Below, in pieces: positions 14,021-27,094 of a stretch of 64,000 nt of DNA. Position numbers and translations under genes: made by a program. The stretch spans positions 8,308,001 through 8,372,000 of the forward strand of contig NC_087448.1 in assembly GCF_036321535.1 (NCBI RefSeq), in the 5' to 3' direction. The notes beneath the pieces were generated by a model that made no database searches, was not told the DNA's origin, and saw only the letters and a list, made by a program, of their open reading frames with translations. Each line of letters starts with the position of its first letter. The stretch's first letter is position 1. Origin of the DNA: Camelus dromedarius (Eukaryota).

Positions 14021-14619
14021 TGTGGGAAATTTCAGATTAGTAATCATTAGTTTGCCCAGACCCTGAAGGAGATGGGGACATTTGTGCCTGCTTACTTATT
14101 AGACATAGGTCACTGTTGCCACACGCTCAGTTCTCTGCTGGGTTAAAGCTCAAGAGATTCCTACACCCGGGATATAATAGCCTCTGTGTCAGCCCACAAT
14201 GAGACCTCCCACACTACCAGTTTTTAGGGGTGTTGCCCCAAAACCTGATGCTGAGATGTGCCAGTGGGCTGGTAGAAATGTCCTGGGCATAGTGTATCTC
14301 TGGGTCAGACGTAACACTCTCATTCCTTAGACACCTCACCTCAGATACCTGTTGCCAGTCGTGCGGTCTTCTGATCGAGGCTGATTCACCATAGGGATGA
14401 GCTTATCTCACTTGCCTGGAATAGAACTGACAGAACTAAACTTTAGGGCCCCGCAAGGCTCCGTTTTTGTCACGTACAGTGATAGACACAAGGCAGGCTC
14501 CGGTGATCAATATACACCTCAATTATATAGACAAATCATGGCCCAATAGGGTCATATTGAGGGTCCGGTAAATAAATATTCTGATTGTCTAAAGAGAGAA
14601 ATCATTTCTGGATCTGTCA
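14021..14619. mobile_element. Unclassified LTR-like block
   Basis: About 600 bp bounded by TG...CA, more GC/CpG-rich than its flanks, AATAAA near 14570. No TSD found and family not recognised. Confidence 0.35.
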
Positions 14620-14849
14620 TTCTCTCTGATTGAACACACTTGCTGGCCCATGTTTTCTGATACTTACCAGGGTGAAGTTGATAAAAGAACACTTAGGAGT
14701 TCTTCTTCCTTTGTAGTTTCGATGAACATTCTCTGAATATGGGTTCATATAATACCTAAACAAGCTCTGTGTACAAGTGCAGTGCTGGGTTAGAGGGCAA
14801 AAAGGCATAGATGAAAAAGCACATGATCGAAAAGAGAAAGCATTTCTCC

Positions 14850-15220
14850 TCCATGAAAAGACTATGTCCAACGAAATGATACAAGACAATACTTTAGTAA
14901 AAATCTGCTAACTGCATTCCAACACCATTGGTTTTCACATGAACATACATCATTAAAATATGTGAGAAAGCAATTCAGTAAAGTCAGTCATCTTAAAAAA
15001 AAAAACAGATAATAGTCATTATTACACAAAATAATGAGCAAGGGTACTTGACTTGATTTCATCCCTAAATGATATATTCAATGACAGACTCACAAAATGT
15101 AATTCTCATTTATGGTTTCCTAAGATAAATATATTAGTCCATGTCTGTACTTTCTTATTGGAAGGATTTCACTATTGTACCATTCTACAATAGCCCTTGA
15201 CATAGTCAAGATAAGCTTCA
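14850..15220 (+). mobile_element. Highly degraded old L1 ORF2 fragment
   Basis: A-rich sense sequence with ORF2-like tracts (aaaatctgctaactgcattccaacacc, gatttcatccctaaatg). Confidence 0.4.
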
Positions 15221-17162
15221 AAAAAGGAAAAGAATTAGTCCTTTTTTTTGGTGGCCTACTGGTCCCTTAAAATTTTTCTCACTTTAGAAAGCAGAGAGAA
15301 CAGATATGGAGGAACAGCTAGCAGCCCCTGACACACTCCCCTAAGGACTTCAGTCCCCAGGGATTCGTGGCTTTACCTGTCTCACCAACTACCTCCTGTA
15401 GCTACAGTTACATTATCCAACCAGAATGTTGTTTTGTAATTCAAGGAACTAAAGAGAAATGCATCCTGTTTGCATTTCCTTCACTTCATTCCATACAAAG
15501 AAGTGACCTTGAGAGAACACTTCTACTAACAATTAAATTGATTCATTTGACTTCGGTCTACTGGAAAAAAAAAAATAATTTAACAGAGAAAATGAGTCTG
15601 CTCCTGATGGAAGCCAATATGTGCCCCAGGGATCCTCTCTTTGCACCGTGATAAGACAGAAGAGATGCTTGTACAGAGAGTCTTTAGCTCGTGACTGACG
15701 TGATTGCCTTTGTTTTTTCTCCTTAAAAGGAGACTCCTAGACATTGACAGCTACTTTAAAAGGCTCTTAAACAGGTTTGCATCTCCACAAATGTATGTAT
15801 TCTCAGAATGAACCTATTAGTGATGGACGGGCTTGATTCTCCCACTAAACATACCTTTTAAAAATTTATTCTAAAGGGAACTTGAATCCTGTAAATGGAC
15901 AGCTGAGAAAATCTATTTGTAATTGGCATCTTTGATCTGAGAATCTTTGTGTAAATGTGCCCCTCTGTTTTGTCATCTTAAAAATGCATTTATGCCCTGT
16001 GAATTTTGCACTTGTCTGTCACCACCTCCCTTATTTTACAGAGGTCAAGTTTTCTTTCTGCAAATGATCCACTGCCTCTGTTACCAGCAGTTTGAAATGA
16101 TGATTATAAATCCTAGGTAACAGGATCTTTGCATCGTCTCACATTTTCATCAATAATTACCCTTTTAAACACAGGGTCAAACTAACAGGAAGACATAAAT
16201 ATGGCAAAGAAAATCTTTATGTGTATGAAATTGTGACCTCAGGCAGGAAGAAAGCAGGGAGTGCCTGTAGTTGGTGTCTTTTCTTAGAAAAATAGCAATC
16301 TTTAATTCCACCCTATTCCATCCCACTGCCACACACTCCTAAGGAATTGAAAGAAAATATATATTAATGGGAAGATATTTGTAAGTGATAAATGCCTTTC
16401 AGCCTGGTATAATATTGATGGATAACTAATTTTTAAGGTAGTAGAATATGAGAAAGACGACCTACACATCCAAGAACCTGGGTGTCTAATTCAATGAATG
16501 TCAGATTTTAGCATCCTATACCATCCTGAATTTCATCACCTATGTCTTTTAAGCCAAAAGAAACTACTTTTTCCCCTTCATAAATACGTACCCCAAATTT
16601 CCCCTGAGCAGATTAATTGTGGCCTCCATAAACTAATTCCACGGTCTCTTAAGTGATTTGTCATTCTCCTCTCATTAAAACAGCATCCTCTCTCCCTCTG
16701 CTATCTGTGCATTTCTTACATTATTTATCCTGAGAATATTTTTCTGTGAGTTCAGGGAGAAATGTCCACGGAATAAAGATAAAAAATTATCACTCTGTGT
16801 AAAAGCTTTGGAATTCTAATTTTCCTTTTCTACTGAGATCTAATATATAGTAATCAGCATAATGGAGAGGAAATACTTACTTTAAAGTCTTGTAGGGAGA
16901 ATGTTTGGGTAGTTATATGCAGAACATCTGTAGGGGAGAAAGGGCCTGATACCTAGCAAGTGCTCAATTAATGCAAGCGATTACCCGTGTTCTTTTATTA
17001 TTATTATTCGATTAAGTTTGCAGCAGTAAAATGAACAAAATTGGAATGACTCATGTTCTAAATATAAACCCAAAAGGAGACAAATCTTTGATAACGTTAA
17101 AAAAATGTAAAAAGCTGCAGACATCGTTAGAGTTCTCAGTGTTCCATAGTAAGTGTCTCTGA

Positions 17163-17447
<285 letters not shown>

Positions 17448-18030
17448 TGAATTTCTGGTGAATGAATGCACACAGGTAATAGCAGGTCAGCGGCAGTGAG
17501 TCAACGACGAGTTTTGTTGTCACCTTAAGGCTTACGACACTGTTCTACAAAGGCCTGAACTGTTTGGGGCAGACAGCTAAGATCACGGTTCACTGTCTTG
17601 AGTCCCTCACCGAGTTCCTGGGAAGGAAATACCTTTAATACGTGGGCTTTTGTTCTGCGTCTGCAAGCATTTCAAGCAATGAGAGAGAATAAAGATGCTT
17701 CCTTGACAAAATGCAGCTGCGGCAAACAGGAGGCGATGGGCTTGCAGGGGGCCCGGGTCCTGGCAGGTGACCAGAGGATGAGCCTGTGAACCTTCTGGAC
17801 TTGTCTGCTCTGAGCTCCCTACAAAAGCCTAATCAACTCCTTTTCTTTGGTGGCCAAAACCGGCCTCTTCTCCTGCTTTGTCCTCCCTCTCTGCCCCTCC
17901 AAATAGCAGTAACTCATTCAAAACAATGTCACATTAACAAAACAGTGTCACATTAACAATGGCAAGAACTCCCATGTTGGGAGCAGAGGACTGATTCTTC
18001 CTCCTGGAGAATTTTACTTTCTTCACCCCC

Positions 18031-18129
18031 TTTATTTATTTTTTTCAATGAAGATACTGGGGATTGAACCCAGGACCTCCTGCATGCTAAGCATGAGCTC
18101 TACCACTGAGCTATACCCTCCTCTCCCCC
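18031..18129 (-). mobile_element. Vic-1-type tRNA-Ala-derived camelid SINE, short form
   Basis: Minus strand reads GGGGGAGAGGAGGGTATAGCTCAGTGGTAGAGCTCATGCTTAGCATGCAGGAGGTCCTGGGTTCAATCCCCAGTATCTTCATTG plus A-rich tail. TSD-like tcttcaccc at 18020-18028 and 18132-18140. Confidence 0.9.
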
Positions 18130-19884
18130 AGTCTTCACCCTCTTTTTGTTTTCAGTTGCAAATGCTCTTCCCACAAAAAGGCTGCTATTTATAGTTTTTC
18201 ATATGCCCTCCTCCTATAATTTGGGGAAGGGCTGTTCATCTGCTTTGGGATGAGAACACCCCTTCTGTCTTTCTTTTGGATCTTTCTCCAGGTGAGAACT
18301 CGTGCATTTTGAGGACTGGTGCCCAAGAAGCAAAATATTGTCCCTGAACCATTACTGTGGCCATTAATCATATAGCTGTTTGTTTCTATTTGTTAAAGAG
18401 ACGGAGCAGAAAAAGAGGAAGAGCTTACAGTGAATAATGATAATATTATCTTGTGCTTCTCTTTCTGTCATGGATTTGACGCTGACAACGCCGCGCATAA
18501 TTCAGCTACTACAACCACCTCTGCTGCTCCTCCTGCTGTAAAAGCAGTAAGAGTAACAATGCTTGCAGTAGCAGCTTCTTGCCTAAAAAGTGCTTTGACT
18601 TACATTATTAATTAATCCAGCAACTGATACTTACTGATGCAAAGATAGTCCCGAATAAGACAAGCAGGACCTCCCTCCTGGAGCTTACAGGGTCCTTCAG
18701 GGTGTGGGAAGAAAAACCAACATCCAGCTAGCAGTTACAGGTGTGATGGGCGTTTTGAAGAATTAACACAGGATGCTATGGGAGAGTGTAACTTGTGAGT
18801 CCTCTCTCCTCATCTGAGAGATCAGAGGAAGTCCTCCTGAGGTGGTGGTATTTAAACCGTGACCATGAGAATGAGGCAGGGAGCGAGTAAGGATGAGGCT
18901 CAGTACAGCCCTGCGGTGTAGACAGACCGGCATGCTCTGTTGGCCTTTTGTAGAAGAGAAAGTGGAGATGCAGAGGGCCATGTGAGCCTCCTGAAGGTGC
19001 ACCTCAACCAGAAGGAGGAGCCAGGACTTGTATCTGGATCTTCTGTTTCCTAGTCCTGTGCTCCATCCAACTGAAAAAAATATGCCAAGGAAACATCAGT
19101 TTGTAACAGAAATAAAGTATCAGGCCTGCGAGGAGTACCAAATCAGAGTCTTGCTGGGCCCCAAATGCATTGCTTAAAAATCTAGTAAATGCTGGTTAAT
19201 AGGTGCCTCAAGGTGAAATCTGGAATTAGGAAGCAAGCCTCTGTATCACAAAGATTTGAGATGGCAAGAGATGGATGGCAAGGACAGTGTGATGGAGGGG
19301 ACAGCACGGAGCAGAGGGAAATAAAGGTCGGCAGAGGGGTAGATGCGGCATCCGGGAGACGAGTGTTAGATGCGTGTTGTGGGTGTGGCCGCTGCCCGAT
19401 ACATTGTGTGAATGATGATACGTGTGGTTTGAAATAATGAAAGGACAGATAGCTCATTGTGTGGTCCCATTCAGCTCAGCACCCCATGTTTGGTCCTAAC
19501 TCAAGCTTTCTGGAAGGAGCCGTTTGAAAGATCAGGGATGAAAAATGGGATGGCCAAGAGATCAAATGTTTTTGGTGGGCAGGACATGACCTGAGACTAA
19601 AGAGAGACAGTACATTTCCGTGTCTGAGTGAAAGATGAATGAATTGTTGATTAACTTATTGAAAGAGAAACAAAATAATTGAAGAAAAAGTATTGAAAAT
19701 AAAATGGTCATGAAATACACAACTGGGCTTCTGCTAATGATTAATGCCGTTTAAAGCCTTGGTAACAGGCAAATTTTCATCTGAACCATCCACTCACTCA
19801 CTGCCTTGGATATAATGATACCTCACTCAAAGACAAACAGTAGCATATATCACTTCTTTTTGTTTTTATTCTTTTGTTTGTTCT

Positions 19885-20915
19885 TTTTTTAAATTGAAGT
19901 ATGGTCAGTTTACTTTGTTGTGCTAGTTTCTAGCATACAGCAAGGTGATTCAGTTAAATTCTTTTTCAGATTCTTTTCCAATATACGTTATTACAAGATA
20001 TTGAATAGTTCCCCATTCTCTATAGTAGGACCTTGTTGTTAATCTATTTTACATGTAGTAGTGTGTATTAGTTATTCACAAGCTCCTAATTTAACCCTTC
20101 CCCCACCCCTGCTTTCCCCTTTGGTAACCATCAGTTTGTTTTCTATGTCTATGAATCTGTTTCCATTTTGTAAGTAAGTTCATTTGTGCCATCTTTTTAG
20201 ATTCATCATATAAGTGATATCATATTACATTCGTCTTTCTGTGTCTGACTTGCTTCACTTAGTATGNNNNNNNNNNNNNNNNNNNNNNNNNNNNNNNNNN
20301 NNNNNNNNNNNNNNNNNNNNNNNNNNNNNNNNNNNNNNNNNNNNNNNNNNNNNNNNNNNNNNNNNNNNNNNNNNNNNNNNNNNNNNNNNNNNNNNNNNNN
20401 NNTGATCAGTATCTGTCGATGGACATTTTGGTTGCTTCCATGTCTTGGCTATTGTCAGTAGTGCTGCTATGAACATTGGGTTGCATGTATATTTTCAGAT
20501 TAGAGTTTTCTCTGGGTATATGCCCAGGAGTGGGATTGCTGGATTGTATAGTAACTCTATTTTTAGTTTTTTAAGGAACCACCATACCATTCCACATAGT
20601 GGCAATTTACATTCCAACCAACAGTGTAGGAGAGTTCCCTTTTCTCCACACCCTCCCCAGCATTTATTTGTAGACTTTATGATGATTGCCATTCNNNNNN
20701 NNNNNNNNNNNNNNNNNNNNNNNNNNNNNNNNNNNNNNNNNNNNNNNNNNNNNNNNNNNNNNNNNNNNNNNNNNNNNNNNNNNNNNNNNNNNNNNNNNNN
20801 NNNNNNNNNNNNNNNNNNNNNNNNNNNNNNNNNNNNNNTGATTGTGTTGCTTTGTTGATGTTGTTATTGATCTGTATGAGCTGTCTGTATATTTTGGAAA
20901 TTAACACTTGTCAGT
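19885..20915 (-). mobile_element. Relatively young 5'-truncated LINE-1 (3' UTR plus ORF2 C-terminus), gapped
   Basis: T-rich tail then aaattgaagtatggtcag. Minus ORFs [21 protein letters not shown] and [30 protein letters not shown] are L1 ORF2p C-terminus. Confidence 0.95.
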
Positions 20916-21149
20916 TTCTCTTTTTATTTTTAAAATGAGCAAAATTTACATTCTTCTAAAATGAATTTTAAACTGTAGAAATAAAATTAAAAGAGAGTTT
21001 GCTTTAAGTCCTTCCCATTTATCCTTCCTTATTCCTCTTCTCAGAGGTAACCTAGAGGCCTGTGTTAGGAGCCCAGAATTCTAAGACCCTTTACTCCTGA
21101 ATTCATGCATTATATCTCTTCTATAAAATAACATTTCTGCCTCCAGGAG

Positions 21150-21460
21150 GCACTGTCATTTTCACAGAGCGTCTTCTCTTTCTGGAACACCCTTCTCTCC
21201 CACTCGGAATTCAGAATTTAGCTCAAATGTCACTTTCTTAAGGAAGTCTTCCTGGTCCTCAAAGAACAGATCAGGTACTGCAGTTACATGTTCCTGTATC
21301 ATCCTATACTTTTCTTTTGTATTTATCGTAATTTTAATAAAATTAATTAAAATGGTATAATTTGTTATTTAATGTCTATTTTTCCAACCAGAGAAAACTC
21401 CATGACAGTAAGGACCATAATGGTCATGGTCAGCATGAGAAATACATAAATGTGTGTTTA
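21150..21460 (+). mobile_element. LINE-2 3' remnant
   Basis: agctcaaatgtcactttcttaaggaagtcttcc...tatttaatgtctatttttcc...ctccatgacagtaaggacc. Confidence 0.6.
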
Positions 21461-24400
21461 GGAATGTAGTTTCAGGAATAACATTGTTGAAAAGAACCAA
21501 ACCCCATTCCTGCCTAACAAAAAAAGTGGGGTTTATTGGAATGAAGCATTTGAACAGCTGTAAGTAAATTGAGTTGGTAAGTTTGCCATGATTGAAATAA
21601 ATTAGAAAAATGAGTTCTTGACAATATCTGAGAGATGGCCGGAGGCCGGCGTCCCCGTTTGGGTATTAGGAATTACTGATTTTTGTCTTGAGAGAGGAAC
21701 TTGGTTTTAAATTTTGACCCCAAGTTTAAAAAACAGAAATTTTATGCAAAAACCTATATACCCCACTGCCTTTGTAAACTAGAAAGATCTGGCAACAAGG
21801 GCTCCCACTGCCATGTGGTCTAATTGGCCAGAGCTGCCCCGCTGGGCGCAGTCTCTCCGTTTTCCCTGAGTCTCCCAGTGCTCCATTTGTTCTCCCCACA
21901 GCATGGGAAACGTGTGCTTTACTTACCCACGGATTCATTCAGTTACTCTTCTCAGGTTGGCAGAATATTATTTCTCCTTGCCCGTGACTCTATGGAGGGA
22001 AAAGAAATAATAAACTCCTAAATGCATAAATACATAAATACATATACATGAATGCATGCACAAATGAATATATTGTTTGCAGACAGAAAGGAGACATGAA
22101 TGTGTTTCTTTGTAGAAGTGAAGGAGGTTCCTGTGTGTTTGAAACATGACTCTGGACCCGCTTTTTTGATTTATTTCACCTGCTGGGTCTCAGGGGCCCT
22201 TTGTTTGGGTGGCCCTCAAAGTAAGTCAGATTAGTGTGACTTTTTAGTTCACAAAGATGGTATAATAGTAAGAAGTGTGTGATTTTCCATTATTCCCAAA
22301 AAGTCTCCCCATAAATGTTATATTTTCATAATTTCAAAATGTTAAAATCCTAACAGCATAAATGGAGACTGGCTCAAATTCCCTTATAAATGAAGGACAT
22401 TTAAAAATCATCTCTGTTTCAGGTGGAATTGCTTTGCATTTGCTAACTTTCTTCATGGTACTTTGTCTTGTATTTTTGCTTTCTTTTCTGCTTTCTGTAT
22501 CTTTCTCTAGTTTATTGATATGAGCATCTATCTGTCCTCTTCACCAACTGCAATTAAGCAATTTAATAAAATCAGATTGATTGAAGTGGCTTACCTTCCC
22601 CTACTAGTGTTAAACTAAACACACAATGTGACTGTGATTCTGGGTGTTTGTTGTGTAAAAGTTTATTGTTTTTCTCTTTCTCTCTTTGATGTATGTATGT
22701 ATCCATCTGTCTGAAAGACATATATGTATCTGAACGTATGTATGTATGTATATTCACATTTTTACATTGCGTGAATAAATCTATTAGGATTTTATATATT
22801 CCAATGAGCAGAGGTTAGGATCTGGGCAGTAGGACCAATTTTTTTATTGTTTCCCCACATTCCTATGCACACACATGTTTTGCCTTATTTCAAAGATGGC
22901 AATATTTGTGCTGTTTCTTCTCCCCCTTTATCTATGTTGATTATGGACATAGCAAGTGAATGAGCACCCTTGGAGATCTTCTTTTTTACAGAGTAATAGG
23001 CTTTCTAGAGCCATTTCATCAAGGAAAAATGGGCACCTTTGGCCTGCAATTTGAAATTCTACAAATTCCATTCTGTGTTCTGAGATGCAAATTATACATA
23101 TAATTCTAGCTATAATTGTAATCATAATGGAAGTCACATGCAGGCACGCAGGGAAAGGATTTAATTTGGTACCCTTAGGGTGGTCCTCTCTGTTTTCGTA
23201 ATGGATGAGAAGACACGTGCTCTTACATGGAATTGCACAACCACAAGTTCAGAGCAGGAGGTCAAGCAGGACCGTCTTGTTGACATGGTGGGTTCTGTGT
23301 GGTGAACTCTGATGCCACTTGCTGAAATTTTTAGTGAATTAACTTAATGTTAGTGAAGTTAATTTTGCTAGGACATTTTTCATGCTTATTAGTGAAAGTC
23401 ATACCATATTTAGTAAAGAAATCAGCCATGATCTAAATCTATGCAGTTGCCAATAAACTCATTCCTAAGTTAAGGACAAAGAGACGAATGTCCTGTTGCC
23501 CTTGAAACACGCCCCCACCCCCTGTCCTGCCTGGGCTGTGTCTCCCCACTTCCCTGTTCACTGCTGAGACGCTCATTGTCTGGGGTCTCACCCCTTCCCG
23601 CCTTCAGTCCTGGCTACGGGAACAAGACGGCTGCAAGTGATGGGGAAACCTGAATAAGCCAAACGCCACACCTGGTTTCCTTTCCCTTTTGTGCTACGAC
23701 TGACCCAGCACACGACGGCTGACATGACCCCCCACCTCTCACGCCTGCCTCCCCGGCTGCAGGTGTCTCTACTTTGTTCTATGAAGTAATACCCAGTACA
23801 GCATCTCTCGAGGGACAGTAAGTCACCCTATGGTAGCCTCTTAGAGAACTGGCTCTGGAGACGGACATAGTTCAGCTCTGCTACTTGTTAGTTTGACCTT
23901 GGGCATGTTTCTGTAAGTTGGGAATAACAGATCTTTGCTTGGCTTGTGAGAATTGTTCATGTCCTTGTCCAGAATTACTTGGTTCAGACCATGTGCTCAC
24001 AGGGAGCACTTACTGCGAGTGTCGTCGGGCCTCCAGGGCGCCCACACTTCCCTTGCCCTTCTCTCTTGACTGCTCATCTTTGCTTCTGTCTGTGCACTTG
24101 CCTCTGTTTCCTCCCCGAGAAGACTAGCTTCATTCTTTGTCTTGCATATCGCCCACATGTGGCGGATTGCAACTGAGTTTGGTGACCTCCCATTTAAGGG
24201 TTCTAAAGAGACTCACCAGGAAGCATCCCAAGGTGAGTGTGGAGCTGGGAGAGGTTTCGTAGTAGGCCACCCAAAACGGGAGACTGGCCAGAGGCAGGAG
24301 GTCAAGGTCATGGGAGTTGAATGCAGGCAGCAGGGTTTTCCTACAGCACAAACTCAAAGTCAGTTTACGTCTTAATTCCTCTGAAAACAGTGCCCCCATC

Positions 24401-24761
24401 TCTGTCTCCAGGAGCCACCCACTCCCTGGACCTAGTGGACAGGGGACCTAACTCTGACCGTAGGGAGCCGTGGGACTTGACCTCAGGAGTTACAACTCAG
24501 GGGTAACTCTCCCTACTAAACCGTCCAGTCTTACAGGACTAGGGAAGTCTATTAAGGGCTAAATAAGCTATTATGGTCTGACCTGAAGTTCAGATCACCT
24601 GTAAAATACTTTCTTTGGAGAAACATCATGAGCTACTTGTAAGTGGTTTGTAAATTGGAGCCATTAGACAATATAATGTTCAGTCATTTCCTTGCTTTAA
24701 AAATAGATTATAAGCTAATAGAGAAATGCAGGAAGAGTACCTGTGTCTCCTCTCTTGGAAA

Positions 24762-24817
24762 TAATAATAGCTACATTTCGTGACCACTCACCCTGTGTCA
24801 GGCACAGTCTTAGAAGT
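24762..24817 (-). mobile_element. MIR 3' part, interrupted by an LTR insertion
   Basis: aataataatagctacatttcgtgaccactcaccctgtgtcaggcacagtct; the MIR resumes at 25560. Confidence 0.75.
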
Positions 24818-25559
24818 TAGGGGTTCTGATCACCAGTTCCGGTGGGGTGGGGGAGGGGAGTGCTCTCCCACACCACCCCACAAGTCTCTGACACCATTGG
24901 GTATCCTACAGTTCAACCCACAGGTTAAGGGCTCAGTCCTACAAGACTGCTCCCCCACCTCCCATTTCAGATGTCACCTGGGCTTCTGACCAACCAGCTC
25001 TAGTTGGAGGTTCCAATGACCTCTGCTCGGATTTGAATGATTTGCTAGAACAGCTCACAGAACTCAGAGGAACATTGTACCTACTAGAGTACCAGTTTAT
25101 TATAGAACGCAGTCATCAGAGACAGCCAGATAGAACAGCCTGCACAGGACAAGATACGGGGAAAGGGCACAGAGCTTCCATGCTCTCTGATCGCCATTCT
25201 GCCAACACCTCCATGGGTTCACCAACCCGGAAACTCTCTGAACCTCAGCCTTTTGGGGTTTTAATGGAGGCTTCATTGCATGGGCATAGTTGATTAAATC
25301 ATTCACCAGCAGGAATTGATTCAGTCTCCAGTTCCTCTCCTCTCCCTGGACTTCCAGTCCCAACCTTCTAATCCTTTGTTGGTTCTTTGGTGACCAGATC
25401 CTATCTTTAGGGGCTTTCCAAAATGCCCCACCTCATTAACTTAGGAAAAGACCCCTTTATCCCTCTCATCATGGGAAATATCAAGGGTTTCAGAGCCCGG
25501 TGCCAGGGACCAGATCAATGACCAAATATGTATTTCTCATTATAAGTCAGAATATCCCA
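24818..25559 (-). mobile_element. Solo ERVL LTR, MER21/MER77-like (742 bp), with 5-bp TSD GAAGT
   Basis: Ends accaaatatgtatttctcattataagtcagaatatccca, resembling the reverse of the recalled MER21 start. GAAGT at 24813-24817 and 25560-25564. Confidence 0.8.
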
Positions 25560-25690
25560 GAAGTATTAAACTACCTAATGCTTATCACCCCATGAAGGCA
25601 GGTGCTATTATGATCTCTGCTTAACAAATGAGAAGCTTGAGGCACAGAGAGCCTAAAGAACTTGAAGATGGTCACACAGCTAGTGGCCAC
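25560..25690 (-). mobile_element. MIR core, continuation after the LTR
   Basis: ccccatgaaggcaggtgctattatg...acaaatgagaagcttgaggcacagagagcctaaagaacttg...ggtcacacagctagtggc. Confidence 0.8.
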
Positions 25691-25739
25691 GTGGGAGTTT
25701 CATCACACGCAGCCTACCGTGTATTTTCACCCTTTTCAT

Positions 25740-26260
25740 TTTCATCAGTGTGTATTATGCTACTACAAAACTATGCCACAGTCTGTCCATTTATTCCCTC
25801 ATTCTTTCCCCTGTTGATGGCCACTGACCTTGTTTCTTTACTGTTTTGCTATTGCAGACATTCTAAGATTTTCTTGCCCATGACTTAAAAATTACCTGAG
25901 CATAAATAGTTAGGAGAGCAATTTCTGAGTGAAAGGATATGAAAAACCATAGGCTTTTTGAGATATTGCCTTATGACTCTCCAGATGGGAGTGTCACGTC
26001 TTACTCCTACCAGCAACTTGTATGAGTTCTCATTGGTTCACATCCTTGTCCACGCTTGATGTCATCAGCCTTTTACACCCGATGGTGTGAAATGATATGT
26101 CGTAATGTTACATCCGAACCTCCCTGATTCCAGCCTATGAACTTTGAGCATTTTTTCATACATGCATAGACCACTTACATTTTCCATAGATTGCTTATTC
26201 ATGTCTGTTGTCCATTTACCTGTTGATTTTTCCGAATGATTTTCAGAAATTCTGTGAGAT
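25740..26260 (-). mobile_element. Old L1 (L1ME-like) ORF2/3' remnant
   Basis: cccctgttgatggccac...ctcctaccagcaacttgtatgagttc...gagcattttttcatacatgcatagaccac. Confidence 0.7.
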
Positions 26261-27094
26261 GCTAAAGAGCACATCACTTCTACCTAAGAAGGCATTAAAA
26301 TATTAGAAAGATATATCCAAAATATTAATGTTTAACTTATATGCACATTTTACACCCCTACCTTCTTCAGGCAATAGTGTAATTCTTTTATGTGGAAGTA
26401 CCAAAACCATTTAGAAATTTTCTTTAAGGGCGGGTCTCAGAAAAGTGAAAAGTTGTAATTGACTCTTTTAGCATCAACCTGTTACTTAGCTGTTTAAACT
26501 CAATTTTAGCATAGGCTCCAGCTGCATGAAGAGGTCACCCGAATGCATGATAAATAGGACTCTGTTAAATTGGAACCTCGTTCCTGGGCTGCTGCTGCGA
26601 CAAGCCGTGTTTCTCCTGCCTCTCGGGTAGGAGTTTGCATCCCTTGACAGTTTGACAGATGTGGCTGCAGTTTTGAGCCATCTTCCAACACACACCCTGT
26701 GATGCATTATCTTGAAGAAAGTCACTGACCAGAAAATGAAAGTATGCAAGAGGCCGGGCATGCTCGGGCTCGATTCCTTTCTGGTAACATCCCACCAGGT
26801 GCCTCCTTCTGCAAAGGACAGAGATAATGTAAGGTCCACAAGTAGGTCCAATTGTGGCAAAATGAGTACTATAGTGTTTTAATATTTTTTGAGAAAATTG
26901 CCATTGAAAGTGAAGATCGAAGGGATGGACTCTGATATGTGAATCTCGAGTGATGAAGTGACATCGTAGGCACTTCTTAAATGCCTGTCTTCTTAATGAA
27001 CCTTCCCACAAACTGGCAGATAAGTTCAAGAATTGACTGAGCCTGTGAGAATTTAGGTTCCATCTACAAGCAGACCTCTTCTACACTTACAGAC

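Noticed and set aside
26486-27029. Overlapping 154-aa and 124-aa minus-strand ORFs as a possible processed pseudogene
   Set aside because: No protein family recognised in any frame, and no poly(A) tail or TSD seen. A tBLASTx hit would reopen this.
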